The notes under the pieces are model-generated. The model ran no database searches, was not told the origin of the DNA, and saw only the letters and a list, made by a program, of their open reading frames with translations. A stretch of 64,000 nucleotides of DNA from Octopus vulgaris (Eukaryota), in the NCBI GenBank assembly GCA_951406725.2, contig OX597827.1, forward strand, positions 34,844,001-34,908,000. Reading direction: 5' to 3'. Every line of letters starts with the position of its first letter. Position 1 is the stretch's first letter. Made by a program: the position numbers and the translations under genes. Of this stretch, positions 13,012 through 26,526 are shown piece after piece.

Positions 13012-14346
13012 ATGCAGTTTGGGTTCGTGCCAGGGAAAAGTACTACTGATGCTATTTTCCTTGTAAGACAGCTGCAGGAGAAATACCTAGCCAAAGACAA
13101 ACCCCTATACCTGGCTTTTGTCGATATGGAGAAAGCCTTCGACAGGGTCCCCCGATCCCTTATCTGGTGGTCAATGAGGAAGCTAGGGATAGATGAATGG
13201 TTAGTGAGAGCTGTACAAGCCATGTACAGAGACGCTGCTAGTAAGGTGAGGGTTGGCACCGAGTACAGTGAAGAATTCAGGGTAGAGGTAGGGGTCCACC
13301 AAGGTTCAGTCCTCAGCCCCCTCCTATTTATCATAGTCCTCCAGGCAATAACGGAGGAATTCAAGACTGGATGCCCCTGGGAGCTCCTCTATGCTGATGA
13401 CCTTGCTCTAATTGCTGAGTCTCTATCAGAACTGGAGGAGAAGTTTCAGGTGTGGAAGCAAGGTTTAGAATCGAAGGGCCTTAGAATCAACCTAGCCAAA
13501 ACCGAAGTCCTAATAAGTAGGAAGGTAGACCAATCACAAACGCCTTCAGGTAGATGGCCTTGCTCGATCTGTAGAAAAGGTGTAGGTAGAAACTCTATCA
13601 GATGCACCAAATGTAAGCTATGGACACATAAGAGATGTAGTAATGTCAAAGGAAGACTAACTAGGAAAATAGTTTATATCTGTGGCAGATGCTCAAGAGC
13701 AATAAACTCTGAAAATATGCAGAGACCAACTTCTATCAAGTTTCAGGGAGAAAAACTAGAAGTAGTTGATAGCTTCCGCTACCTAGGTGACCAAGTCAGT
13801 AGTGGGGGCGGGTGTGCTGAAAGTATAACTGCTAGAGTAAGAATAGCCTGGGCAAAGTTTAGAGAGCTCTTACCCCTACTGGTGACAAAAGGCCTCTCGC
13901 TCAAAGTAAAAGGCAGACTGTATGATGCATGTGTATGTACAGCCATGCTACATGGTAGTGAAACTTGGGCTGTGACTACTGAGGATTTACGTAAGCTCGC
14001 AAGAAATGAAGCTAGTATGCTCCGTTGGATGTGTAATGTCAGTGTTCATAGTCGACATAGTGTAAGTACCTTGAGAGAAAAGTTGGACCTAAGAGGCATC
14101 AGATGTTGTGTGCAAGAGAGACGATTGTGCTGGTATGGTCATGTGGCGAGAATGGACGAAGATAGGTGTGTGAAAAAGTGCCACACCCTGGCAGTTGAGG
14201 GGACCTGTGGAAGAGTTAGACCCAGGAAAACCTGGGTCGAGGTGGTGAAGCACGACCTTCGAACTCTAGGTCTCACCAAGGAAATGACCAGAGACCGAGA
14301 CCTGTGGAAGTATGCTGTGCGTGAGAAGACCCGGCAAGACCAGTGA
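13012..14346 (+). pseudogene. RTE reverse transcriptase ORF fragment (444 aa) with PHD-like Cys/His insert
   Basis: YADD, then CSIC..CTKC..H..C..CGRC, then FRYLG; upstream frameshifts near 12440-13010. Confidence 0.85.
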
Positions 14347-14364
14347 GAACAATCAAAATCAAAT

Positions 14365-14835
14365 CATATATCCGTGTCCGCTGCCAGCCTCGTCTGGCAC
14401 CCATGTCGGTGATACGTAAAAGCACCATTCGCTCGTGGCCGTTTGCCAGCTCTGTCTGGCCCCGTAAAAGCACCATCCGTACATGTTCATTGCCAGCCTC
14501 GGCTGGCCCCCGTGCCGGTGACACGTAAAAGCACCGTCCGTTCGTGGCCGTTTGCCAGCTCTGTCTGGCCCTGTGTCGGTGGCACGTAAAAGCACCATCC
14601 GTTCGTGTCCGTTGCCAGCCTCGGCTGGCCCCCGTGCCGGTGACACGTAAAAGCACCGTCCGTTCGTGGCCGTTTGCCAGCTCTGTCTGGCCCCGTGTCG
14701 GTGGCATGTAAAAGCACCATCCGCTCGTGTTCGTTGCCAGCCACGGCAGGCCCCGTGCCGGTGACACGTAAAAGCACCATCCGTTCGTGGCCGTTGTGCC
14801 AGCTGTCTGGCACCTGTGCAGGTGGCACGTGAAAA
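14365..14835 (+). repeat. ~60-bp minisatellite (about 8 units, alternating A/B) in the RTE 3' UTR
   Basis: CACGTAAAAGCACC core repeated with GCCAG...CTGGC hairpins. Confidence 0.9.
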
Positions 14836-15444
14836 ACACCCACTACACTCGCGGAGTGGTTGGCGTTAGGAAGGGCATCCAGCTGTAGAAACACTGCCAA
14901 ATCTGACTGGGCCTGATGAAGCCCTCCGGCTTCACAGACCCCAGTTAAACCGTCCAACCCATGCTAGCATGGAAAACGGACGCTAAATGATGATGATGAA
15001 CATAAAGACGAACGAACTGCTGCAAAGCAATTTGCACAGCATGCTAACAATTGTTGCTGCCTTAGTTTATTGGTACCCTTAACCACTTGTTGAGGTTTTT
15101 TCCTTGTCAACAATGGAAACAGAGAAGATGTTGCTAATGAAGGTATTTGTGTAACTGCTTTACCTGCTACAAATAGCTTTCAAATCACACTCTATGGTCT
15201 GAAAATAATGCGAGACACACATTGAGCAAAGTAAGTTGTGACATACAAAAAAAGACAAAATGTTCAGGAGTGGAATATCTCTCATTATTGATCTACTGAA
15301 AGTGGCAGATTGGTAGAGTATCAGGGAAAAAAGAAAAAACAACTTTTGTAGCATTTGTTCCAGCTCATTTCATTCTGAGTTCAAATCTTACCAAGGTTAG
15401 CCAAATTTAAATTTGACTGATTGTTTGACTTACCTTCTTTTTTT

Positions 15445-15870
15445 GTTTGAGTCATTGGACTGCAGCCATGTTCAGGCACTACCTTGAAGGGTTTAGTTGA
15501 AAAAAATCAACCCCAGTACTTATTTTTAAACCTGATACTTGTTCTACTGGTCTCTCTGCCACATCATGAGGTTACAGTACTTACTTGTACTTGTGGCAAC
15601 ATTCACCCTGGGTGGGTTGAGTTGGCTTCTTCTACCACCCTCGAGGTTACAGTGATGTAAATAAACTAACACCAGTTGTCAAGCAGTGGTAGGGGAAATA
15701 CACACACATATACTTTTATATATGATGGGCTTCTTTTAGTTTTTGTCTATGAAACCCATCCAGAAGGCTTTGGATGGCCTAGGGCTATAGCAGAAAACAC
15801 TTTCCAAGGTGTGTCACACAGGATGAACCTGGAAATGTGATTAGGAAACAAACTCCTTATGACACAGCTA
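15445..15870 (-). mobile_element. SINE family 1, diverged
   Basis: Reverse complement of the 769-1156 motifs. Confidence 0.65.
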
Positions 15871-17013
15871 TGTCTTACCATATATTAAGTCATTTTTTTT
15901 CTATAACCATTTTAACATCCATTTTCCATGGGAGAATACGTTTTCAGTGTAGGCATTGCTTATTTTAATCCAATATCACTTTATCTTTGAGATTCAACAT
16001 CTTGAAATTTGATTTCATCATTTCCATGTATGCATTCCACAGCACCAGCAGGGGGCTTCTATTGTAAATGCACAGCAATTCATTGTCCAGTACTAATTCA
16101 CTTATGTTACAGGTTCAGACAAATGCAATATGCTCTTCTACATACAGACGCTGCTTGCGTTAAAACCTGTCTGAGACTCCGTATGTGTGTGTATATCAAT
16201 CCAGTACACTCTATTTCACTCTTTCTATAACTACCATCCACTATTTTCCCTCATCTAGACCATCTGTATTTGTTACCGACCACCTACTTTTGCTATGTCC
16301 ACCTCTGCTATTGCCCATCACTCCCTTCCTGTTGCCATGCCAACAATTCTGTCTCTACTATCCTATTCTTCCTGCTTTCACTCACCCATTCTGACCTGCC
16401 ACAGTGATCTAATCCTCAAACAGATGACCTGAGTGGAAATATGTCTTAATTTATTGAATGAGAGGTGTGTATAAAGCCCCATACAAAGGCCCCTCTTGTG
16501 TGATTAGTAAGCAGGCAGTAGTCTCAAAATGTCCATTAGTTATGTCTCACCAAAGACTATACAATCTCTTTAGCGGGTTCATGAAAAAGACATCCAGTTC
16601 ACATTGTGAAGTGGCTGACTTATCAACCTCTGGTGTTGGTGCTATGAGAATATGTACTCAGTATACTCTGTAAAAAGGTTAGTGATAGGAAGAGTATTCA
16701 GATATAAAAACCAAACCAAATGACATCAGTAACTTTCAATGAGGACTTGGATCCTGATGACCTGTCCAACCCATACTATTATAGAAAGCAGACACATATT
16801 GTCTCAAATAAGCATCTATCCAACTCCTGCAGCATGGAAAAATGGATATAAAACAAATGACTGAATGAATACCCACGGATATGGGACTGTTTAATCCTAT
16901 CACTGTCAAGCAGTGGTGGGGGTCAAACAGTACAAACACATATATGATGGGCTTCCTCAGTTTTCACCTACCACATTCACTTACAATGTGTTAATTGTCC
17001 TGGGGCTTTAGCA

Positions 17014-17670
17014 CAGGGTGTACAAAAAGTCTCTCCGCAGTGATTTTTTTTTTTTCATCCAGACTCTCCAAGATGTATTTCAAAACGTGTAGAAAAGTCA
17101 ACTTAAGTATTGAAAATGACACTTTCAACACATCTTATAAAGATTTTTAAAGTCTTGACAGCACCGGCCGAGCATGATCATTGCCAGGGATGCAGACTGG
17201 CCCTCATGCCGGTGGCATGTAAAAAGCACCATTTGAGCATGATTGTTACCAGCGTCGCCTTACTGGCACTTGTGCTGGTGGTACGTGAAAAACAATATTC
17301 AAGCGAGGGTGTTGCCAGTGCCACTGGATTGGCTCCTGTGCAGGTGACACATAAAAACATCATTTGAGCGTGGCCATTACCAGTACTGCCTGACTGGCCC
17401 TTGTGCTGGTGGCACATAAAAGCACCCACTACACTCTTGGAGTGGTTGGCATCAGGAAGGGCATCCAGTTGTAGAAACTCTGCCAGATCAGATTGGAGCC
17501 TGGTGCAGCCATCTGGCTCACCAGTCCCCAGTCAAACTATCCAACCCATGCCAACACGGAATGTGGACATTAAACAATGATGATGATATTCTTTTGTAGT
17601 CCTATACGAGCTTATAAATATTTATTTTGCAATAAAATACTTACTGCGGAGAGACTTTTTGAACACCCTA
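17014..17670. mobile_element. Tc1/mariner-type MITE inserted in a SINE and carrying an RTE 3' fragment
   Basis: TIRs CAGGGTGTACAAAAAGTCTCTCCGCAGT / ACTGCGGAGAGACTTTTTGAACACCCTA followed by TA. Confidence 0.75.
17160..17586 (+). mobile_element. RTE LINE 3' UTR fragment
   Basis: Homologous to 36700-37140; ends TAAACAATGATGATGAT. Confidence 0.85.
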
Positions 17671-18400
17671 TAGAAGACACTTGTCCAAAGCGTTGTGCAG
17701 TAGGACTGAACTTGAAACCAAGTTACAGAATGAGCTTCTTAACTGCACAGCCGTTCCTTAATAACTTTTTTTTCTTGCATTGTACAGAATTGTCTTCTAT
17801 ATAAGCTGCTTACCAATATTGCTAGGGTCAGGCCACTTCTTTTACTGGATTCAGTTATTGGATTGTGGCCAAGCTGGGACACTGCATTTGAGGATTTTTA
17901 GTTAATCATATCAACTCCAGAAGAGTTCAGTCTCACATTTATTTTTGTAGATCAACAATTATCAAATTGGTTCAGTTGCATTTTTGACACAATACCAGTT
18001 TTTAGGTTATTTTGTTCAATTGGGTTTTGTTTGGTCATGATGAAATATTACTTGGGAACAGGTGAGAGATGGCAACAAGAAGGCTATCCAATCATAGAAT
18101 ATCTGCCTCTTTAACTTCCATCCACTCCATACAAGCATACAGAAGTAGACATTAAAATGACACATACTCAACAGGCTTTATGCACTCTTCCTATCGCCAA
18201 AATTCTTCTTTCAAAATATTGCTCAATCCAAGGTAATTGTAGAAAATGCTTAAGGAGACATCAAGTAATGGAATTAAAACCAGAACCATGTAGTTGCAAA
18301 GCAAACCTAACCACACAGTTACATACATATATACTACATTTACTGGGCCACTCAATTCAGCAATGGTGACCTAACACTATTTTCTCTCTTAATTTATTTC

Positions 18401-18595
18401 TTAACCCTTCAGCATTTAAACTGACCATATCTGGCCAGATCAGGTCCCTCACTTCTACCCTACAATGACATTCTAAAATTATACAGTCACATCATCAAAA
18501 TTTTTGTATTTACAAGACAATTCATGATGAATTCAAAATAATGTGAATAAATAGGCAGTACATTTGACAGAGTAAACTAAATACTAAAGGGTTAA
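18401..18595. mobile_element. piggyBac-type MITE
   Basis: TTAA-CCCTTCAGCATT ... AATACTAAAGGG-TTAA. Confidence 0.7.
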
Positions 18596-19199
18596 ATATA
18601 TCTTATTTGTACAACAAACATCAAAATGAAATTACAACTATGACAAATATATAAATTGATCAACAACATTGCTTTCTTCTTCAATTGTACATTATCAAAT
18701 ATGTTGTCTGCATTTTCTATTGGGTTACAAGAAACACTGGCTGGCCATGCATTCTCTTACAGCAGCAGCATTTTTTCCCCGTCTATGTTCCGGTGTCAAT
18801 CTATAGCTATATTGTTCACTTTCTCCTCATCTGTCTTACTTTTCCCTATCACCCCTCTCCCTTCTTTGACGTCTGAAATTACACACACACACACAAACAC
18901 CTAATTAAAGTCACAAACATGTTCACCCACTTAAAATTTCATACACACACACTTTTAGCTATATTTGTTCTACCTGATCCAAGGAAGCATGGAGAAGTGG
19001 ACATTAAACCAATGATGATGATATATAAATATATATGCAGGCATCATTGTGAACAATAAATGCTCTTTACCCTTGAACTATTTCAGACAATCAACCAACC
19101 TTCCTCTTAAGTTTTCTTTACATTCCACACAAAAGAAAAGCCCATTACTAAATCTCAAAGGACACACTACCTACATCCAGATAGTCAACCACCGCCATA

Positions 19200-20760
19200 C
19201 CTGGAAGAGAATCATTAAACAAGTAAAAGATAAGTTTGAACAGCACACAACCTGCCATCTCTCACCCACCAACAGGTAGAATCTCCTGGCCTCTTCCCAC
19301 AAAAATCTCCAATGGCTTTGCGGACCTTAGATTAGCCTTTGGGTATGTGGGTACTTTGAAAATACATCATAGAGTGACGACCATGCCCTGCATAGTTGCA
19401 GGTTGCCCTCTAGCAAGGTATAGCACCCGTTCAGCCATATTACCAAGGATATGGTGAAGTCGTGGGACTGCAGCATGGCAGATTGTGAAGAGGTAGCAAG
19501 AGAGCTCAACTGAGCCAAAAGTGCTTCTTATATTGATGCTGAGCAAAAGAATCCAAGAAGATCAACATCCAGGATCACCAGCTTTATGAAGAATAACTGC
19601 AACACATCTGCAAATGAAAAATTAACTGATTTAAGCTCTCAATTCAAATTCAAAATAATAGAACTGTTTGGCAACAGAGTTATGAGAATCCATGAAAGCA
19701 GTGCAACAAAAGGGCAGTGACTCCAGACCTTAGCCAAAAAAAAAAAAAAAAAAAAATCCCACTGACTTGTGAGGAAGAGACATCTCAATACTGATACTTT
19801 ACTTTTGTGACTCCAGATGAGAAGCAATACTGATCTTAGTGGGAAGAGCCATAACTAAATATCACAGGACATTTGCTCTCAAAGTATGTAAGATTTTATA
19901 AAACTCATGATGGCATGAATAAAAACTATGACCAAAATAACATCAGTTGGGTCTATTCCTCAACACTGTCATTTGAAGCTGCAGGAAATCTCAACCCAGA
20001 TGACTATGATAACAGCATGCTTAACTGAAAAAAAGCTCCAACTCCGGGTTCTATGCCCTTGATCTCTTCCCCACCAGTCTCAGTATCACCAATCATTCTG
20101 ATCTTCACTTCCATCACCCTTAAACGGTACACTCAAGAGTTATCTCCCATTAGATCCAAACTCTTCATTCTCCGTCTGTAGTTCATCTTAAAAACGGAGG
20201 TAGTATCTCCTATTTCAACCAAAATATGGAAGAGAGGGGATTATTGCCCTTGTTTTTAACAACTCGGGTGATGATAATTGTAAATAACTTTCTTTATCAC
20301 GTTGAATCTCCTTTTCTTCTCCTCAGAGTCCGCTGCAATAAAGATTGCCATATGGCCCTTACCAATAGATCGTTAAATTTGAGGACTTTATATGTAAAAT
20401 TTTTGAATCAGAAATTTCCTGGTAGGCTGCAACTACTGCTGCATGTGCTGATGGTGTTCTTTCTGAATCTACCCACAAACTATTAAGTCTAGCACACCCC
20501 AAAGTTCAGTAATGTCTCCTACATACTTCCATTTAAACATCAACAACCTACTAGTTTCCAATGAACACTCTTATGTGGATATGATACATCACTCATTTAC
20601 ATTTCACACAAAAGTGTCATTTACACATCTCAAGAGATGTTTCATGAAGTTTGAGCTTGGGAACATCATTCAACAGGAAACATGACAACCTGATCTCTCT
20701 TTCAACAGCACATTCACTACACATTTCAAAGAAACAGATTCATATGTAAAACATTGCTTT
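19200..20760 (+). mobile_element. Highly decayed CR1/L2-like LINE remnant
   Basis: INNLL..SYVD-like RT remnant near 20540-20590; no intact ORF. Confidence 0.3.
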
Positions 20761-20834
20761 AGTTATAGATAACTTAGACCATCGAAGTCACTACAAATGT
20801 GAGCCGATAAGATATTGTTACTGTAACTCTTTTA

Positions 20835-21170
20835 TCTTTTACTTGTTTCAGTTAGTAGACTGTGGCAATGCTGGGGTACCACCTTGAAGGGTTTTTTGTC
20901 GAATGAATCAACTCCAGAACTTTTTTTTAACCTGGTACTTATTCAATCGATCTCTTTCACCAAACTGCTATGTTACAGGGAATTAAAAACACACACACAT
21001 ATATACATATGTAATGGGCTTCTTTCAGTTTCTGTCCACAAAATCCACTCACAAGGCTTTGGTTAGCCCAAGACTATAATAGAAGACATTTGCATAAGGT
21101 GCCACATAATGGGACTGAACCCAGAACCATGTGGTTGGGAAGTAAGCTTCTTACCACACAATCATGCCTG
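20835..21170 (-). mobile_element. SINE family 1
   Basis: Reverse complement of the family-1 head and body. Confidence 0.75.
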
Positions 21171-21777
21171 TGAATGTGAACTGTATTATAAATACTAAGG
21201 CTGACTGCATGCAGTCACCAAATAGTTCAGGCCTGATCAACTGCTAACTTCCTATTGAGCACAATAACAATATTTGAGTAGTGCCAACGTCTAAGGAAGG
21301 GTACTGTTGATGTTATACACATAACATTTTAAAGTCAAAGATGGAGCCTCTCCATGGTCACCCAACCTGCAAGAAATACCAACCAAATCTTTTTCAAATA
21401 ACAACCATCCTAAAAAAAAAATACATTGGACAATGAATTGTGTAGGTATGTGTAATTGTTAATATGTGTGTGTGTGCATATTGCTTTGTGTATTGTTATG
21501 AACGAGATGAGAAATAAGAACAGATCACATTTTTAAACTGTCTTCTTGTATTTTGGGCACCTTTATTCACCAACATGTGGTGGAATTCAAATGATCCTTC
21601 CAAATAATGCTGGTCCAGTAGGTAACCACGTTTCCATAGCAATAACTGACAGTTTACAGCAACTGATTATCACTGCCATGAAGAGTGATACCATATTTTA
21701 TGGAGGGAACAGAGGGTGATAGGACAGAGAGAACCTTGTGCTATCAGAAATAGAACAGCAACTGTTGAAAGTTAGAC

Positions 21778-21837
<60 letters not shown>

Positions 21838-22466
21838 AGGGGGACATGATAAGGGAAAAGTATTAGAGTTTGTGTGTAAATAAAAAGAATGACAAGACAG
21901 ATACAAAAAGAAAGAATATGGAATATGAAAAACAAAAGGAATGTGAATGTGTATGAAAGAGATAGACAGAGAAAAAAGAGTGTGAATGAATAAGATTCAT
22001 AAAGAGAAAAATGCATGTGTGTTTATGGGATAAATTGGACATGCTCAGAGGAGACCAAATATACCACTAACCACTCTTTTGAATCACGACTATAAAGGTA
22101 GAGAACCTTATTGTGTTGAAGGAGTTTAGTGGAAGAGGTGTATTTCATGAGTAAATGAGGATCTAGTCAGATGTATGTAGGATACAGTGAAGTTGTTGCC
22201 TTGCTATGGGTAGTGAAGGTTGAGTGGGTAGTGTTGAGAACATAACATCTGAAAAGGTGTGGCAGACATTTTATGGGAATGAAAGAATATGTTGAAGAAG
22301 AAGGGAGAGGAAGAGAGAGAGTATAGACATGAGTATGAAAGGAAAAGTATGTGTGTGATACTGAGGAGAAAAAATCACTGAAATTACAAAAAAAAAAGAG
22401 AAAGTGTACAGAGAAATAGTAAGGAGGGAGTGAGAAAATTAGAAAGGAAAGGGGAAAATATAGAAT

Positions 22467-23690
22467 TTAATTGTGCACATCTGTGTGATAGACGTCCATC
22501 TGCTGTACAGAAGGGTGGTAAGCAACACTGATCTGAGGAGCAAGATTAGTATGGTAGAGTACATTGCCTGGATGTGGTTGTACAGTGATGTGATGGGGCA
22601 CATTGGTTAAGGTAGTTATAGTCGTTGCATTGCCATTGCCATGGTGAGCAGCGGCAGCTGTCACTGCAACTGGCTCTCCATTTTGTTCAGTTTCTACAGT
22701 CACAGCAGTTGAAGTCCCTTCTTCTGCAACAACACTGATACGAGGTACACAACTCAACTTTCTGACCCCTTTATTTGGCCGCTTGTGTCTTTCCAGATGG
22801 TCAATCCGCGTAAAGGCATAGCCACACAGTTCACACTTGAAAGGCCTCTCTCCAGAGTGAATGCGTTTATGGACACGTAGGTGATCACGCCGGGAAAATG
22901 CTTTGTTGCAGACATCACAGTTGAACAATTTAGGGCGTGAGTGTATCTTATGGTGAGTGGAGAGCTTGCCTGTTGTTGAGAATCCTTTACCACAAACATC
23001 ACAAACATATGGCATGACTGGAATATGCCCAGATGATGCAGAAAACTGACCTTGCTTTTGAAGACCAATGCCTTGTGATTGGTTGTATTCTCGCCAACAT
23101 TCTTCACAGTCAAATGGTGGATTCGATGTTACTGGTGCAATCTGGTTGGAGATAACTTGATGATGTTGTTGTTGTTGCTGAGGATAAACAAGATCACTGG
23201 ACCTCACTGCATTACTAGTATGTAGGTTTGCATTGTTATTCTTATTACTCTTTTTGACCCGATTTTTCTTCACAGGAGATGCTTGGGGTGTGGCAATTAT
23301 TTGGTTGTTGATGTTGTACACTTTGCCACTGTGTTGTGTACGTGTGTGCCGTACGAGGTAATCTTTCCGTGAAAATGCACACCCACATATATTGCACTTG
23401 AATGGGCGTACCCCAGTATGTATCCGCTCATGCACAGTGAGATGTGATTTCTGGGAGAAACTGCGATCACAGGTCAAACATGTAAAGAGCTTCTCACCGC
23501 GATGAGTGCGTTTATGACGCTCCAGATTGTGACGGCTGAAAATTTTGCCACAAATATTGCATACTGCTGTCTTATCAGTGACAGATGCAGTGGAAGCAGT
23601 TGTATTCAGGTGAACTATAGTGGCAGCTGTTTCTAAATCCTGCACATCACAATGGATCAAAGTAGCAGTACTGGGCATAAGAGTATTCAT
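22467..23690 (-). CDS. C2H2 zinc-finger protein (~407 aa from first ATG; two 3-finger clusters separated by a Q/N-rich linker) (ZNF2 below)
   Basis: Intact ORF; track start at 23723 is TTG, first ATG at 23690 (MNTLMPS); linkers TGVRPF, SGERPF. Confidence 0.92.
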   Translation of the reverse strand: MNTLMPSTATLIHCDVQDLETAATIVHLNTTASTASVTDKTAVCNICGKIFSRHNLERHKRTHRGEKLFTCLTCDRSFSQKSHLTVHERIHTGVRPFKCNICGCAFSRKDYLVRHTRTQHSGKVYNINNQIIATPQASPVKKNRVKKSNKNNNANLHTSNAVRSSDLVYPQQQQQHHQVISNQIAPVTSNPPFDCEECWREYNQSQGIGLQKQGQFSASSGHIPVMPYVCDVCGKGFSTTGKLSTHHKIHSRPKLFNCDVCNKAFSRRDHLRVHKRIHSGERPFKCELCGYAFTRIDHLERHKRPNKGVRKLSCVPRISVVAEEGTSTAVTVETEQNGEPVAVTAAAAHHGNGNATTITTLTNVPHHITVQPHPGNVLYHTNLAPQISVAYHPSVQQMDVYHTDVHN

Positions 23691-24319
23691 TGGTGACAAG
23701 GTAGAAAATCCAGAAACATACAAATAATTGAGATCTTAGAAAACAAAAAAAACTGACCCCTGGCTTTCTATAGTGAAACGGGGTTAAATATTATCTTCAT
23801 AGTAATTAGTTTAGTCTAATGAAAATAAAATGTTCATTAGGTTGCTTTCTTCCCTAAATTACTGGTTAGTCACACTCTGTATAATTTTTCTTTATAAAAC
23901 TTCATATATATAGCTTTTAAAAATAGTTTATAACAAAATGCTGGCAGCTACCATAACTAAAGATTTTAAAAAAGTAGTAGTAGTAGTATCAGCAAACATT
24001 AACAGGAGTTAGTTGACTTCGTGAATTGAATAACATGACAACACAAATAGAACCTCTTCCAAATAGTCTGCTTTGATTTCATTCCTCTCAGCTATCTTAA
24101 ATAGTTGTGACAAGAACAAGAGCACAACTCTGTAGAAACATGAGAGTGGATTAGCTCAAAGTTGGTAATAGATATGTGTCTCTATACGCATATGTATGTA
24201 TATATATATATACACACACAGAGGAAAGAAGGTAGTCAATATGTAGTGTTGGAGATAAAGGCACTTGGGTGACGTGGAGCAGCTAATATTTTGGTAATAC
24301 ACTTCAGCACAGCATCAAC
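23691..24319 (-). other. Putative 5' UTR part of the ZNF2 exon (acceptor at 24321-24320; alternative at 23736-23735)
   Basis: Minus strand TTATTTTTATCTTTGTAG|GTT. Confidence 0.45.
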
Positions 24320-26129
24320 CTACAAAGATAAAAATAACATTTCTATAAATCAAATGAATGTCAAACAGTTTTGTGTGTGTGTATATATATATATATGTAA
24401 TAGCCGCAATTATATGTATATACACCATTCAGAAGTTGAGAGAATAGCTTAAGGCCAACATTTACTTTTATTGTGACTACTTCTACATCCTTATAACTAA
24501 TCCAATTCATACACATAAATTAACCAGTAGGATCAAAGCAAAGTAGAGATGGTCTGTACCAGCAATAAGTACAAACTGCTGAAAAGTGGAGAAAATTGAG
24601 GGGAGATATGTCAGACGGGCACCCTACTGTCCCATCCTCACCTTGAGACTCCTAAGTTTTCAACAACAAAGATTATGAGCTTGCTCCTAAGGATTCCATG
24701 TGGAAAAATATGGGAGATTGTGGTTCTGAAAAAATATATATGTCTGTGTTTACCCCCCCCCCCCCCATCACTCACCACCACTTGACAGCAGGTACTGGTG
24801 TGTTTATGTCTCCATAATGTAGTGGTTAGGTAAAAGAGACTGATAGAATAAATACCAAGCTTAAAAAAAAAGTACTGGGATTGATTCATTTAACTGAATT
24901 CTTGAAGGCAGTGCTCCAGCATGACGGCAGTCTAATGACTAACAAGTAAAAGATAAAAAATATAACAGATAAATATTCTCAAAATTTCAATCTTTTTAAA
25001 TTCCACCACTCCCTCATCTCCATACCAACACCTCAGATGTTTTAAAAACTTGACTATTCATTCCCTCATGCAAGGATGCTAGTCAAACCAGTAGAAATGA
25101 ACAGCAGCTCAACATGTCTAAAACAACAACCAAATCTCTCAAAGTTTTTCCAGAATTTCCCCCTTTTTTATACTATTTCGTTCCTTTGCTTTCAAAATAA
25201 CAGAACCCACTCAAAAGAAATATGGAATGCATCAACACAATTGTTCCTGCTTAACCCAACCAACTTGCACTGAAATATTTCAGTAAATTTTTTGTCCACA
25301 CCTGTTTTATTAACGAGAAGATGAGGGAATACCTGATTTTCAGGATTCTGTCAATCAACTACCTCAATAATAATAATCCTTTCTACTATAAGTACAAGGC
25401 CTGAAATTTTTGGGGACGGGATAAGTTGATTACACTGACCCCTGTAAAGACAGATGAAATGCCACTAAACATTTTGCCTGGCATAGTTATGATTCTGCCA
25501 GCTCACTGACTTAATAATAATAATAATGGTTTCAAATTTTGTTACATGGGCAGCAATTTTGGGTGAGGGGATGATTTGATTACATTCACCCCAGTGTTCA
25601 ACTAGTATCTATTTTATCGACTCCCGAAAAGATGAAAGGCAAAGTTGACTGCGGCAGAATTTGAACTCAGAACATAGTGATAGGCAAAATGCCACTAAGT
25701 GTTTTGCTTGTACTAATGATTCTGCCAGTTCGCTGCCTTAATAATAATAATGATTTCTAACAGAGGCACAAAAAAGTTTGTGGAGAGGAGGTAAATCAAT
25801 TCAATCACCTCCACCACTGTACTTGACTGATACTTTATTTTATCAATCTCAAAGAGATGAATGCTAACCATGGCAAGATTTGAACTCAGAACAGTTAAGT
25901 TATGGGGACATAAAGAAATCAACAAAACATATAGACATGTACACATAGATACATACATATATATCTGCATATATGATGGGCTTCTTTCAGTTTTTACCTA
26001 CTAGATCCATTCACAATACTTTGGTCAACCTGGGGAGAGTAGAAGACACTTGCCTAAGGTGCCACAGAGTGGAATTGAACCTAAGGCTACTTTGTTGGGA
26101 AACAAGTTTCTTAATCACACAGTCATGGC

Positions 26130-26188
<59 letters not shown>

Positions 26189-26327
26189 CTATTCTATTCA
26201 GTCATTTCTGATGATTGTTAAATTTACCTTTCCATCTTTGGCATGAAACTGTTTGATAATAAATTGGCTGTCACAAGAACAATAATAATAATCCTTACTA
26301 CTATAGGCACAAGGCATATATATATAT

Positions 26328-26485
26328 AGGTGCAGGAGTGGCTGTGTGGTAAGAAGCTTGCTTCCCAACTACATGGTTCTGGGTTCAGTCCCATTGCGTG
26401 GCACCTTGGGCAAATGTCTTCTACAATAGCTTTGGGCCGACCAAAACCTTGTGAGTGGATTTGGTAGATGGAAAGAAGCCCATCG

Positions 26486-26526
<41 letters not shown>

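Larger units (their letters stand above)
11980..14999 (+). mobile_element. RTE-clade LINE, 5'-truncated and frameshifted, inserted in a family-2 SINE
   Basis: End of APE domain (PQHRLVV), RT motifs [34 protein letters not shown]; (TGA)4 tail; SINE halves at ~11860-11979 and 14999-15060. Confidence 0.92.

Noticed and set aside
14273-14957. Repetitive ORFs (188, 156, 95 aa) or a CRISPR-like array
   Set aside because: Translations of the RTE 3' UTR minisatellite; the variable parts are homologous, not spacers
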